Shown piece after piece: positions 1-12,520 of a stretch of DNA of 64,000 bases. Origin of the DNA: Klebsormidium nitens (lineage: Eukaryota; Plantae; Klebsormidiophyceae); contig DF237391.1 in NCBI GenBank assembly GCA_000708835.1, forward strand, positions 12,971 through 76,970, given 5' to 3'. Both the position numbers and the translations under genes were made by a program. How positions within the stretch are numbered: the stretch's first letter is position 1; every line of letters starts with the position of its first letter. The notes under the pieces are model-generated. The model did not search any database and was not told the DNA's origin. It saw only the letters and a list, made by a program, of their open reading frames with translations.

Positions 1-216
1 CGCACGACATCGTAGTGCCATCGTGCTTTCAACCGACGACTTGCGGAGCCGTTTGCTGAATAGTCTCTTTGAATCGAAAACGCCTTGCATTTCACGAGGT
101 TCGCTTGTTGGTCTGCAGCTTGTTTGAGACTCAGCAAACATTCGCAGGCATGGCCCCAACCCATAAAAACCGAAACTCCAAACCCAAACATGGAATCGCG
201 GTTTCCAGATTCTCAC

Positions 217-3200
217 CTGGAGGGGCTTGGTGGCGACAGCCGCAAACTTGGACATGTCCAAACTCGCTTCGATCTCCACGGGCGACAGCAGCACGACCCC
301 CGCCTTCTTCCCAATCACCTTATCCACGAACGCCATCCCCCCCGGTTTCAGCACCACCTTGCAATCAATCACCACCGCCTGGAACGGCCAGGCCCCCCCC
401 GCCGCCTCTGCGTTCCGCGCCAGCTGGCGCGCCTCCGCGACCGTCCCGCACCCGGTGCACGTGTGGCCCCACCCCTCGAGGTAACTTACCAAAATCCGCC
501 GGATGCTCGCGCGGGGCTCCACGACCAGGACTTTCAAATTTACGCTGGCCTTGAGCCGGAGCTTGGAACTAGGCGCGGGCTCGAGGCGCACCGTGAACCA
601 GCACTCGGAGCCCTTCCCGAGGCCCTCGCTGTTCAGTCCGCACGTGCCGCCCATCAGCTCCGACAGCTGTTTGATGATGCTCAGCCCCAGCCCCGTGCCC
701 TGCTGCCGCTGCTTCCGGTCCGACTGCTCAACCTGCTCGAAGCGCGAGAAGAGGCGCTGCAGGTCGGACGGCTTGATGCCGCGCCCGGTGTCCTTGCACG
801 AGACCTTGAGGATCGTGCCGCGGCCGTCGGGGTCCGGCGTCGTGGTCGCGGTCACGATGATCTCGCCGCCGCTGTCCGTGAACTTGATCGCGTTGGACAG
901 GACCTGCGGCGGAGAGTGAAAGGGACCGTAAGGCTGGTGCAAGAGGAGCGGTTTGGACATAGACGAGGTCCTGAAGTAACGCCAATTGTAGTTGTTCCCA
1001 TCTGAGTGCTCGACCGGTGACCTTGTCGGGTCCCCGGTTTGAGCATAAGTTAGCGGCAGACGGACCAAAACGTACAAAAGTGGTGACATTCGAGACTCAG
1101 AGCCTATTATATTGGATCAGGAGGACCCCGAATGAAGACCTCGAAAAGAAATCTATGCTAAGTCAGCAGCGCAGCACAGGGAGCACGGGAGGGGTTTCAG
1201 GCTTCGGACTTCATGACGAGACAGTCCAAATAAGCAAAGCGAAAGGCGGCAGAGCCTCAGGAAAGACAAACCCGTGCTCAATCCAATAAGGGCGACACGT
1301 TTCACCACTTACGTTGAGCATGAGCTGGCGCAGGCGTAGCGCGTCGGAGCAGAAGATGACGTTGTCCATGTCGACGTGCATGGCGAGCTCGACGCCCTTA
1401 TTGTAAGCCGCCACGCTGGTGGCCATCATGGCGTCCTCCAGGTGGCTCCGCACGTTGATGGGCGCGTTGCGGATCGGGATGTCGCCGTCCTCCAGCTGCG
1501 AAAAGTGCAGGATTCCCATATTTGCGAAAGGAAGCAAAAGTGAATCGGGCTTGTAAAGAGCTTTGATAACTTCGTACCTCATTGTGGATGGGGGAAGCCG
1601 CCGTATCTAAGGGGGAAAAATGGGAAACTCTCAATTACCAAAATTACCTTTCTTCATTTGTATTTCCACGGGCTCAGGAACCGGGTGTACCTTTCTTTAG
1701 ATGCAGAAGAGACCCCCGACGACTGGTAGCACACGGTTTCGCTAGATGTTCGATGAGCCTGCTCTTGCTGATCTTTTGTGGACCGGAGGTAGGAACTACC
1801 GATACACGTCCTCTGACCGCAGGAAGGCTGACAGAAGAGCCATGGCTTTAACGTTCTTGCGGTGTGGCCCCCACCTTGGAGAGGCAGAGCAGGTCGTCGA
1901 TGATGCCCATGAGCTGCTTGGTGGACTGCTGGATGGTGCGCACCAGCTCGCACTGCATGCGCGTCATGCGGGCGCTCGTCTCCTGCAGCAGCTCCGCCAT
2001 CCCGATTACGCTCGACAGGGGGGTCCGGATCTCCTGCAGAAAGAGGGGCGGGGGAGAAGGTGAGAGGCAAGGAAGGGGCATGGGGGGTGAGGAAGAACAC
2101 CGTCGGAAGCACTTTTTGGAGAATCTCTCAGGGGCTGAGATTCCAAGAATCTGGGACGGAAGCAGCTCATCTGGCAGCAGAAGCGCAAACCTAAACAGAC
2201 AGGTTCCGAACGAAACATCATCAAGAACGCCGAACAGACTAGCCATCAGAATAGTAGCATCATTTAGACGAAATGCGAGCACGGAGCACAGGTCCCGTGG
2301 TTACAAGAATGGAGACTTACGTGGCTGATGATGCTGATGAGGTTGCTGGTGGCCTTGCTGGCGGCCTCGGCCCGGATCGCTTTCGCTGCCGCGTCATGCG
2401 CCTCGCGCACCGCGTGGGTCAGCTTCGCCTCGTCAGCGGACCGCGTCTCGCTGCAAGACACAGATTGGCAATTGTCAAAGTAGCCAATCATTTGCGACTG
2501 CTTAGCAATCTCCACGACGTGATCTCTGAGGGGCTCAGGAGGCGTCGAAACGTCTGCTATCGCTCAAGAACCAAGTTGGCAAAAGTTTCAAACCAGCAGA
2601 TGAGAGTCGTTACATGTGGCCGGCTCAAAGGTGCTAACGTATAGCGAGAGGAAACCTACCTGCAATACGTCGTCCAAATGCACGTGACAGCCGCGAGCCA
2701 CAGAAAGCTGCTGAACATCACAAGCCTCAGATCCCGTTGCCGCATGATCTGCCCCGCCGTCGTGACTGGCAAACCGAAGTCTTGGTGAGCGACCCCGGAG
2801 TAAAGGCCCGAGACTGCCGGGTCGCCGAGAAAGTACTCAATGAACCACGCGACCTGAGTCCAGACCGCTACTCCGAGGGACGCGTACGCGCTGAGCGGGA
2901 ATTGGCAGACGGCGTTCACGGCGAGGATCCCGAGGTAAGCGTTGAGCGCGGAGTCGATCGCGATGTCCATCTTGTCCGTGTCCAGAACCTCCAGCAGAAA
3001 CATGAAGAGGTTCTGCACGAGCGTCGTGATGGCAAACGAAAGGTCGACGTTGGCGCGCATCGCGCGCACCCAGGGGACGCGGTCCGGGGGAAGGAGCGTC
3101 AGCATCGCCGCCGCGAATGACGTCAGGCTGCACGCGACGCGCTGCGCGAAGACGAGCGGCGGCTCTAATTCGTTGCGCCACGGCCAGCCGGACCAGAGAG

Positions 3201-6200
3201 GGGCGACTAGGAGAACGATGGACGACGCGAGCGTGGACTGGCGCATGAATTTGAGCGAGCTGCCGATGCGCCAGTCGGAGCGGTACTCGAGGAGGGGCGA
3301 CTTGACGAGGCCCGGGAGGTTCTCGTCGCTGATCTCGGGGGAGGATGCTGACGTGTCGCGCGTGAGCCCGCTCGCGGTGCGCCAGCGCGAGTGCACGCCT
3401 TCCTCGGTGGAATCCTGTGGGAGCGGGAATATGCGCGGAGTGAGAAAGAGAGGCGGAAACGAGCGGGTTGAAAATGTGAAAGAGGAACGAACAAACCCAC
3501 GATGAGAAGACTCGTTTTAGAGAGGGCGGAATGGGGGGCTGAATGCGGTGTTCAGGAACGTGTAATTACACGCAGTACTCAAAATAACAGAACAACTTCT
3601 GTTGAGATTCAAAGAAAACCTTGACCCACACAGCACTCTTCAGAATCTGCACATCTAGAAGCGCGCTCTCTCCCACCTTATTGAAGCTCGGCGAGAAGTT
3701 CATGTCCGGCCCGTGCCCCGTCCACACCACCGAATCCGACCAGCCCTTTCTCGGGAACCGCGACGGGCTCTTCTCGATCGCGCCCTCCTCTTCCCCCTCC
3801 GCAACGTCCATAAGCGCCCCTTTCACATCCAGGGGGGGCAGCGCTTTCGCCACTATCTGGCTGTCCGTCTGCGCCCGCGCGAGCCGCGTCGAGTAGCCTA
3901 GCCCCCGGGGGCTTGTGCGAGAGGGATCCCCCAAAAGCATCTTGCGAGAGCTGCTCGGAGAGATGGAGGGCCGGAGAGCCTGACTGAGGCCAACGTCCAC
4001 GGCGATTGGGCTGGGGGACGGTTCCTCCGCGTTCGGGTTCCAACGCTTGAGCACCTTGGTGTCCTGGAGGAAGCGGTTTGCACTTTTCGTAAGGATGGAC
4101 AAAAGAATGAAGGAGCGCTAGCCGGATCAGCAAGTTAACAGTCGACAGAAGAACCATTGGGGGCAGACCACATTGCAAGAGGGATTCAGGAAGCGGGTAA
4201 GAGTACTGTTCATTTTCAAAGTGAGGCTGTCGACACAAGATCTGCTCAAGAGTCAAACGGCATTGATGTAGAACCGCAATTTCAAAGAACGTAAGAACGA
4301 GAAACATCGTCCCTACAGCCCGCCTGGAGCTGGCCCTCAAATCAGCAAGCTCAGCCCACGCACCCACTACAATGAACTTATGCCTTTGAAATACTTGACG
4401 CTTTGTCTCGCAAATACGCGCATTTGTCACACGGCAAGCGCACACCTCAGATGACAACTTCTCAAACAGGGCCTTCAACTCTTCCTCCCTTATCACACTC
4501 ACCCCCGGCGGCGTAATTGGCGGCGTCCGCATGAACCCTTGCAGCCCGCTCGGGGACCCCACCCCGGGCGTCCACTTGCGCACCATCTTCAGCAGCGCGT
4601 CCTTGAGCACCGGCCGCGTCAACAGGTCGTCCATGTTCTTCGCCTCGATGTCGATGCTGTCGTGCGCCGTGAGCGCCACGATCGGCGTGCGCGGCCGACC
4701 CTGGAGCGCCTCGGCGGCGCGGATGTGACGTGTCGCCGTGTATCCGTCCATGACCTCCATCTCGATGTCCATGAGCACGAGGTGGTAGTTGTGCGCCTCC
4801 CACTTGTCGAGCGCCTCGGCGCCGTTGCTCGCGACCTCCACGTGGTACCCGCCGCCCTCCAGGATGCGCCGCCCCAGCATTTGCGTCACCATCGTGTCGT
4901 CCTGGTAGCAAAGAAACGGAACACATGATGTCACGGAAGGGGTCGTTTCAAGATATGCGGCGCTCTTTCCCACAGAATCAAGTCTGGTCGTAGACAAAGA
5001 ATGACAAGACTGTAGCATTTGATGCAGGCAGAGCAGCGGGTGCAAAGCGTGCTTTGGTCACCAACAACGGCACACCCTTCTCAATATCATGTCGGACTGC
5101 AGCCTCGAGTACTGAGTGATTCAACTTCCTCCATCAGCACCACCATCTACCCGTCCTTCAAAAGTGCTCCGATACAGGCAGCTGATCAAGAAGGGCGCAA
5201 ATCGGGTAAATATCCTCGTGCGGGCAGGCGTGTATTCGCGAGCCGAAGAGACCGCTGGACATTCCAAAAGCCGACTACAAACCCGCTCACTCACCACCAA
5301 CAATATGTGCACGCTCTTGGGGCCCCCCTCCGCCGCTTCTCTGTCCCCTGACCCTTGGCCCATGATCCCATACCGTTCTCCCGCCGCAGTGAAGTGCGCG
5401 GGGGCTCCCCCTTCCGTGCCCTCTTTCCGTGCCACCTCCCCCGCGACTTTCTTTATGCACGCCACCAACGTTTGCCGCCGGAGGGGCTTCTCCAATGTGG
5501 CATCGAACACGGGCAACTCTCGCTCCCCCACTTGCCGCTCCACCAGAAACCCGCTCAGGTTGCTGCTAAGACTTCCACTAGACCCCACGCTCCCGCTCCC
5601 GCTCGATGCACTGGTCGACGCGCCCTGCGAGCTATTATACCCGCTTCCCCCCAACGGCGGGGTCAAACTGCCTCCCCCACCTTTCGCACTCGTCGAACCT
5701 GCCTGTAGAGTCCCGGATCCTGGTTGGGCGCCACTCGTCTCGGGGATCTGCGCCGCGTTAGCCATGCTTGACCCAGCTTCTGGACTGCCCGCTGCTCGCT
5801 CGGCTGCTGGGTGGAGGGGAGACGACTCGATGGAGGAGGCGAGAAACGAGCCGTCTAGCGAGCTCGACCGGCTGTGGGGGGTGCTCAACGGCAGCCGGGG
5901 CCCCGGTTCCAGGCTGCTCGTCCGGCTGTGCGGTGCGCTCAACGCCCCCCGGTTCGCCCACTCCCCTCCCCGGTTGAGGAACTCGTCGACATTCACCTGG
6001 TCTGCAAGCGCGTCCAGCGCACGGCTCTCGAGCGACCCGGTCGCGCCCCCAGCCCCTTCCTGCTCCGCCGCCGCGTTCCGCCACAGCGTTCTTAGCTGTT
6101 CCTGCAGCTCCTGGGACGCGCTCTTCCGTTTTGTCAGCTTCCCTGGCCCCCGGGGGGGGCGCGTGGGGCTCGCCAGCAGTTCGGCGGCGTTGACGCTGCC

Positions 6201-9200
6201 GCCCCCGTCGCTGCCCCCCGAGTTCATGCTCCCCGCTCCCGACCCACCCCGCTCAAGGCTGGGGGCTCCGCTGAGCCCCAGCCCGTTGGCCAGATCCCCC
6301 GCCTTACACATGAGCACCCAGCGGATGTCAAGCTCCGCAGCCTCCTGCAAAAGCGCGTGAAAGCGTTGGTGATCTATGTTTGTAGAAAAGCTGCTCGATC
6401 GAAAGCTTGACAAACAGTAAGAACGCTTGTTGATTCTGGCTCTTGTTTTAGAAGGTGAGGGCTTCGGCCGTGCCTGCTGCCCTTTGGCCGTGCCTGCTCC
6501 CGATATTGCTTCAACAGAAAGGTGGCTAAAAGGCGCCCAACTCAAAAGGCTCAAAAACTCAACCAACTTTAGCTTAAGGTGCTCATATCAAGCTTTATCG
6601 AGCGCAGAGCATCTACGACCGTCAACGCTGCACTACAAAACCACGACCCCAACACTGGCCGCAGTCGAAATCCCAGGCCCCGGCAACGAACAAAACAAGT
6701 GCACTTCAACGAACATGAGGACAGGAAAGACCCCCCCCCACCTGCGGCAGTTCCTTGGGCTTCTCCAGCGCGCTGCTGACGAGCGCCACTACCACCACCC
6801 GCGCGTCGTTACTGCGCCCCGGGTCCGCCCGCATCTGGGCCGCCTGCCTGGCCGCCCCTGTTAGCGCCTTCCTCAGGCTCGAGCCCGTGACCACGTGGAT
6901 CGTCTCGCTGGCCAGATACTGCGACACCGTCTGCCGAACCTTCAATGACGGATCTGCACAGACCACGATCGTGTCCACGAGGCCGTTCGCCTTCTTCGCT
7001 CCCACTTCAAACACTGCAAGAGCTGGGTCCGTTTTTGCTTCCTCTCCACGCAAAGGGCTCCTATGAGGCGCTGCCTCAGGGGGCAGGTTCTCTTTGGGGG
7101 GGAGTTCCCCGGCTTGCTTGGCCACCCCCTGGTCCAGATCCGGAGCTGAACACGCCCCCCGTTTCGGCAGGTTGACGTTGACTTGAGCAAGCCGTCCTTC
7201 TTTCGAAGAGTATTTTTCGCTCTGTGACGAATCCAACCCATGGACAACGTTGTTGGCAACCACTGCTTGCCAAGCCTCGACCCGCGTCGACGGCGACTCG
7301 GCCCCCTCCTTTTGCAATTGCCGTATACTACCTCCCAATCCGCCATCCAAACCCTCCTGCAACCCCGGCCGCTCTGTCGCCTCCCCCCCCGCAACCGCTC
7401 ATCCAGAGTCCCACTTTGCCCCCCCCCCTCCCGCAACAGTTGTCTCTCCCCCCTCCCCCTCGCTGCCTGACCCCCCCAGGAAGAACCCCTCACGCTGCTG
7501 CTCGAACGACGCCCGTTGGGTGCTGTTCTTGCGCCCCATGCGCATGGGCGAGCTGGAGGTGTAGAGGTCTTCTTCGCGCGCCTTCGGCAGCGTGATCTCG
7601 AACCAGAACGTCGACCCTGTGCCTGTGCTGGCCGTTGGCTCCTGGCTGCTCTGCACGCCCAGCTCGCCGTCCATCACCGCTACGTACGCCTTCACCAGTG
7701 CCAGCCCCAACCCAATGCCAGAGAACTGCAAAACACCACAATGTTTCTGCCTTGTTGAGTTGCCAGCCTTGGTTGCTGAGAGGGCCATCAAAACCCTTTG
7801 TCAATGCAATTAGGGAGTGAGTCCGAAGCTTTGTCACCGCCACTTGATAACAGAGAGAACTAAGGAGACTGAATCTTCAACCCATTCAACAATCCACTCT
7901 TGCTCATCTTCCCCTCCTCTGCTGGATTTTTTCTACCCTCCTCCCTGCCATGACAGAGTCACGGTTATGCATTAGCGCTCCCGCAAGAGAGCAGACCCAA
8001 CTACCAGTTCGACCCACCTTGGTCTTCCCTTGGTACTCCCCTTGCAGAAAGTCCGAGAAGATCACGTCCAGAGTGGTTGGGGCGATGCCAACGCCCGTGT
8101 CGCGCACGCTGATGTGGATGGTGGCCGCCTGCTCAGTCTCGTGCGTGACGGCGCCGACCACCGCCACCTCACCGGGGGCCTCCGTGTACTTGAACGCATT
8201 GTCCAGCACTGCATGAAGCAGGATAAGTTAGAATAGATGACATGGATAGCTCTTTACTTCTTGATCAGAATTACGCTGCCTTACAGGCTTCTGCAGCGCC
8301 TTATACCAGTGAAAACACGAGTGAATGCCTTGCCTGCTCAAAGCCTGGGCAATTACGTCTGAAAACATTGCTAATCCACCTCCCCGGAGCCTCCTCTCGC
8401 CGGATGTATTGTGCCGCCGGTTGGATTGTGCACTCTCAAATAAAGTGTGCATGCACAGCTGCTGACTGGCCTTGCCAGTGACTAAAGCAAGGACTGCCTT
8501 TAGTTATGATGGCTGATCCTCACACGCAATTTCTTAGCCACAGACCATCCTTCCACAGGACAACACATAAGAACAAAGACAAGCTGACTCACAGTTGTTG
8601 AGCACCACCTCGAGGCAGTGCGAGTCGACGAGCAGGGGCTCCTTGGGCAGGTCCACATACATGAGCACTTCCAGGCCCTTACGGAACCCGTTGATTGCAT
8701 GCCTCTGCACCACCTCTTCAATAATGTCCCCCACGATCACCGGCTGCAGCAATGATGAGAAACGAGCAATGTCAGCCTTGCTTCACAGACAATGATTGGG
8801 ATCAAGCTTGAACAATGCCTCAATGTGAGTGGAAAGCTGAACAGCTCCGGCGACTTGGCTGCGCCCAGAACCAAGGGTGCTGACAGATTGCAGAAACAAC
8901 AAGATTGGCGCAATACCCTGGACGATTGCTGGAAGTCTGGGGAGGCAATATGTTCCGCATCTCTTCTGTTTCTGCATGCACAAGCTGATTCTCAAGTTTC
9001 AAGCCTGCCTCGACACACCATTTTTGAACCTGTTGTGGCAACTTTGTCGCACAAACCCATCTCAAAGCCCCCGCCTAGGCTAGACAGACCTTGCAAAAGT
9101 GCTTCCTGCGAGGGAAGCCCTTAACCTCCACCCCATCTCAACGCCTACCTTGGGGTTGAGCCTGAAGTAGCCCCCCTCGAGCTTGGCGTACTCGAGGATG

Positions 9201-12200
9201 TCATTGATGAGCCGCAGCAGCTGCATGGACTGCTGCTGGATACCGCGCACATACTCCTCCTGCTCCGCGTCCATCGCATTCCCGGGGCCCGCCAACAGCT
9301 CTGCACTGCTGATGATGCCCACGATCGGGTGCCGGATTTCATGCGTGATGTTGCTGCAGGGTGCACCATAATAAGTTAAAACAGCGGACGAGCATTTGGA
9401 ATGTTCGAGGCCGCCGTTGTTTGTCAAAGCTAAGAGAGGTTACAACTTGGTTCAGTGACCTCTTGCGAGACCAGAGCCTTGGAGCACAGCTGTGCGAGTC
9501 TCTCACCAGTTAAGCATATTTTATACAACCACTTCATAGCTTCTAGCCTTCTTCAGAGCTGCAACTGCGGGACTATACCCCTCATACTATGCTTTCCTCC
9601 TGGCATCTGATGCGCAGGAAAGAAGCGATGAAGATTGCTCTGTTCTCAAACGTGGAAGTATTCTGCAAGCCCTGCTGTGAGATCCCCAGATCATCCATAC
9701 CCCGCAGTGAAGGAGTATACCTGCTGATTAGTCCTGCCGACAAACTTCCGCCAGAGTTCTCAGTGTGCCATAAGCAATACTTTTAAGGACCCAACAGCAA
9801 CCATGAAAGACCCCACAGAACCTTCTCGGCACTCCACGACCAGGTGCAGCAAATTTCCCTGTCTGCCATTGACTCACCTCAGGAAGGACGACTTGGCATC
9901 CTTGGTGCCCTCAGCGTGCTTAGCGCGCTCCATCGCCTGCTTCCCCATCTTGAACTGCCAGCGCACGCAGAACTGGATGCGCAGGTAGCTCTCCATTGTA
10001 TACGTGAACGCCGCCAGGTACATGATTATGTAGCTAAAGTACGTGATGTAGTTCACCGGCTGCAGCACGCGCAGAGGCGTCCGCAGGCTGGGCGCGAGCG
10101 CGTGCTTGTTCGGGATGGTCGGGCCGATCATCGCAAATAGGAGGATCATGATGACCCCCGTGGCAACATTGTAGACAAAGCGGGGGCGCGAGATGGCCGT
10201 GCTCGTGAGGAGCGAGAGGACGAGCGTGAGAAGGCCCGCCTCAAAGTCGACGAAGCAGCCGAGGAGGGAGAGGGGCACGCCAGCGCAGACGTGGCCAAGG
10301 CTCATCATCATTGGAAAGAGCTGCAAAAGGTGCACGGTTTGGGTTAACCTTGTGGGTTTGGTACATGTTCGCGAGTGGAGCAGATCGGTTTTCGAGTAGC
10401 ACTTGACAAGCCAAAAAAGGACAACAAAACTGCGTGCTTTAGCCTAGTGCATAAGAATTGCCGGGAATGCAGCATGACTACGAAGTCGCTTCACAGGTCC
10501 TGCGAACAGTGTCGAAGAGATCAAGTGCAGGCCAGGAAATCTCTGATGGGGCTGTGCCTTATGGTGTCGGAGCGAGAAGAAGGCCCCAAGCTTCAGCGAT
10601 GCAAGTGTCTGGCGCTTCGAAGATTGTTCTCACCTTGCTGCGCCTCTTGAGGACGGGCGCAAACGAGGCGAGTGCGAACAGGCACGCCACGAATGCAACC
10701 GCGGTGTGCGCAACCCAGAGGCGCATCAGGAGGTCGTCATCAGTTATGTGAGAGAGAGCGGAGCACTCTGCAAGCAAACGGGCACTGTGTCTTGAGAAAC
10801 TGCTCTAGCAGCCGGCTCTGTGTAACATCGAAGCACAACCATTCCTTGAAAACCCCATATTTCTAGAGTTGGCGACGAATCCTATCGGACCTGGGTGCAC
10901 CAAACTGCCCTTGCATTCCGCTCATCTGCAGAGATCAAGCGCACCACAAGACGGGGGCTCTCCATGTTGAGGTAACTAGCAAGGAGGAAAACTTAGAAGC
11001 AAAACAAGCTAGTGCACAATGTCGAACTGCAAAGAAGGAAAAGGGTGATCGACAGCCATCGATGTACAAGATCGACTTGCTTGCCTGGATCAAGTCTCTG
11101 CGAAACCCAGGGAAACCCAAAGACTTCCAGAGAGTATTCGCCACAGAGTTGCGGAGAAGCAAAAAACTGCATCAGACTCACCTACGTAGCCGATGATGAT
11201 GCTTGCAAAAGCCGCAACCAGCATGCTGTAACGGAAATTGCGCAGATCCCATCCAAAGTTGTCGTAGTTGAACGCCTTTTCCAAATCGTCCTACAAGATA
11301 CAGGGCAGAAAACCATATTCAATGCTGCCAGAGGCACTCAGCCTGGTGTGGGGACACTTCACAACAAGGGAGCATATGGAACGTCACATGGACTGTCGTA
11401 CACCGGGGACCCGTGTGCAGGGGAACAACTGGGCGAGACCGCCTCAAAATTGGCCTTTACACTCCTACATCGAAACTGCCGCTTTAGCTCCATTGCGACA
11501 ACCCCATGCTCCAACAAAACTGCCTACAATTGTCCACCAGAGAATAGCAGTCACCTGGATGAACGTCAGTGTGTGCCACCGGAAGAGTGGCGTCTCCTTC
11601 TGCTGCGTTGTTTTGGGCCCCTCCTTCAAAGCCTTTGCTTCCGTACTCGGGGTCGCAGTTTCCTCCGTCAGACCCTGGCCTTTGAGCACCACATATTCGG
11701 CAAGATACTCGGCACTCTCGTGCATCCACTTGAGCTTGCTGCGATTTGCACCAGAGCTGGGGTCCTTGAGTAGCCCTGGTAGTCATCACGAGCTTGCATC
11801 AGTCCAAATTACATCAGGTGGGCCCATCACAGATGATCAACTATTTAGGACTGGCCAGCTATTTGACCTGTGCTTTTGCTTTAAGAACATTACATCAAGA
11901 TTGAACAGCCATCGCTTTGCCTGCAGATACCCCGTGAAGATCAGGAACTCGGTAATCAGGCGTCGACACATATTTTGGGCCATCATTCTATTGCACACTC
12001 AGGCATGAAACAAGACCCAACAAAGCGGAATTTCCAGTGCCGCTTGGTCCAGTACGGCATGATTTGTGAGCAAGACATCTAACAAATATGTTCGAAATCA
12101 GGAACCTCATATAACTACAGGCCATCGAAGCACACTCATCCATAAAACTGCCATCAAAGCTGCAGCTTCTCAAGCAATGAGGGACAGGGCAGTACCAGCA

Positions 12201-12520
12201 GAGGTGGAGGACGGGGAGCCTGCCAAGCTTCCTCCACTGCTTGCATTGGAGATTCCTGAGTTCGTTCTGTCCTGCTGCGACAAGCGGCCTCCCAGGCTTT
12301 CCGGCAGAGTGGATATGACACCCCCACTGGAACTGCGAACAAGCCTCGCTCTGCGGACTGCACCAGAGTGCGCAACCCCCGAGAACGTTCGGAGGACAGG
12401 TTGCAAGGGCAATGGCTCGCTCAGCCAGGAATTATTGCCCGGATCAAACCTCCTATTAATGACAGCATTTGAGGACTCTTGTGGTGCTTCAGGTGCCTCG
12501 GGCTCCTCTGAAGACGCCAT
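217..12520 (-). CDS. Multi-exon hybrid sensor histidine kinase with two tandem modules (6TM-HisKA-HATPase-pseudoREC-REC-6TM-HisKA-HATPase-REC-like); probably continues past the left edge
   Basis: Manually spliced exons give: H-box 1 S|NITHEIRHP (~9350); N-box NN|LLDNAFKYT, G1 VRDTGVGI, G2 FSGIGLGLALV; receiver VHILLV|DDTMV...LMDIEM...ALTA (5293/4903-4503); H-box 2 ISH|EIRTPL (2321/2033); N|VLSNAIKFT, CKDTGRGI, GTGLGLSII; receiver-like KVLVVEP...VVID...ATKPLQ ending at donor 217. GT-AG phases match at the junctions checked, except around an in-frame TGA at 7399-7401. ATG 12520 follows an AG, so upstream exons are possible. Confidence 0.85.

Noticed and set aside
3400-4503. Two separate tandem kinase genes
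   Set aside because: No stop, polyA region or promoter space between modules, and phase-0 splice sites link them. Kept only as the refuting alternative.
85-6360. Long plus-strand ORFs (85-1005, 5116-6360 and others)
   Set aside because: Antisense shadows of GC-rich kinase exons; no independent motifs.
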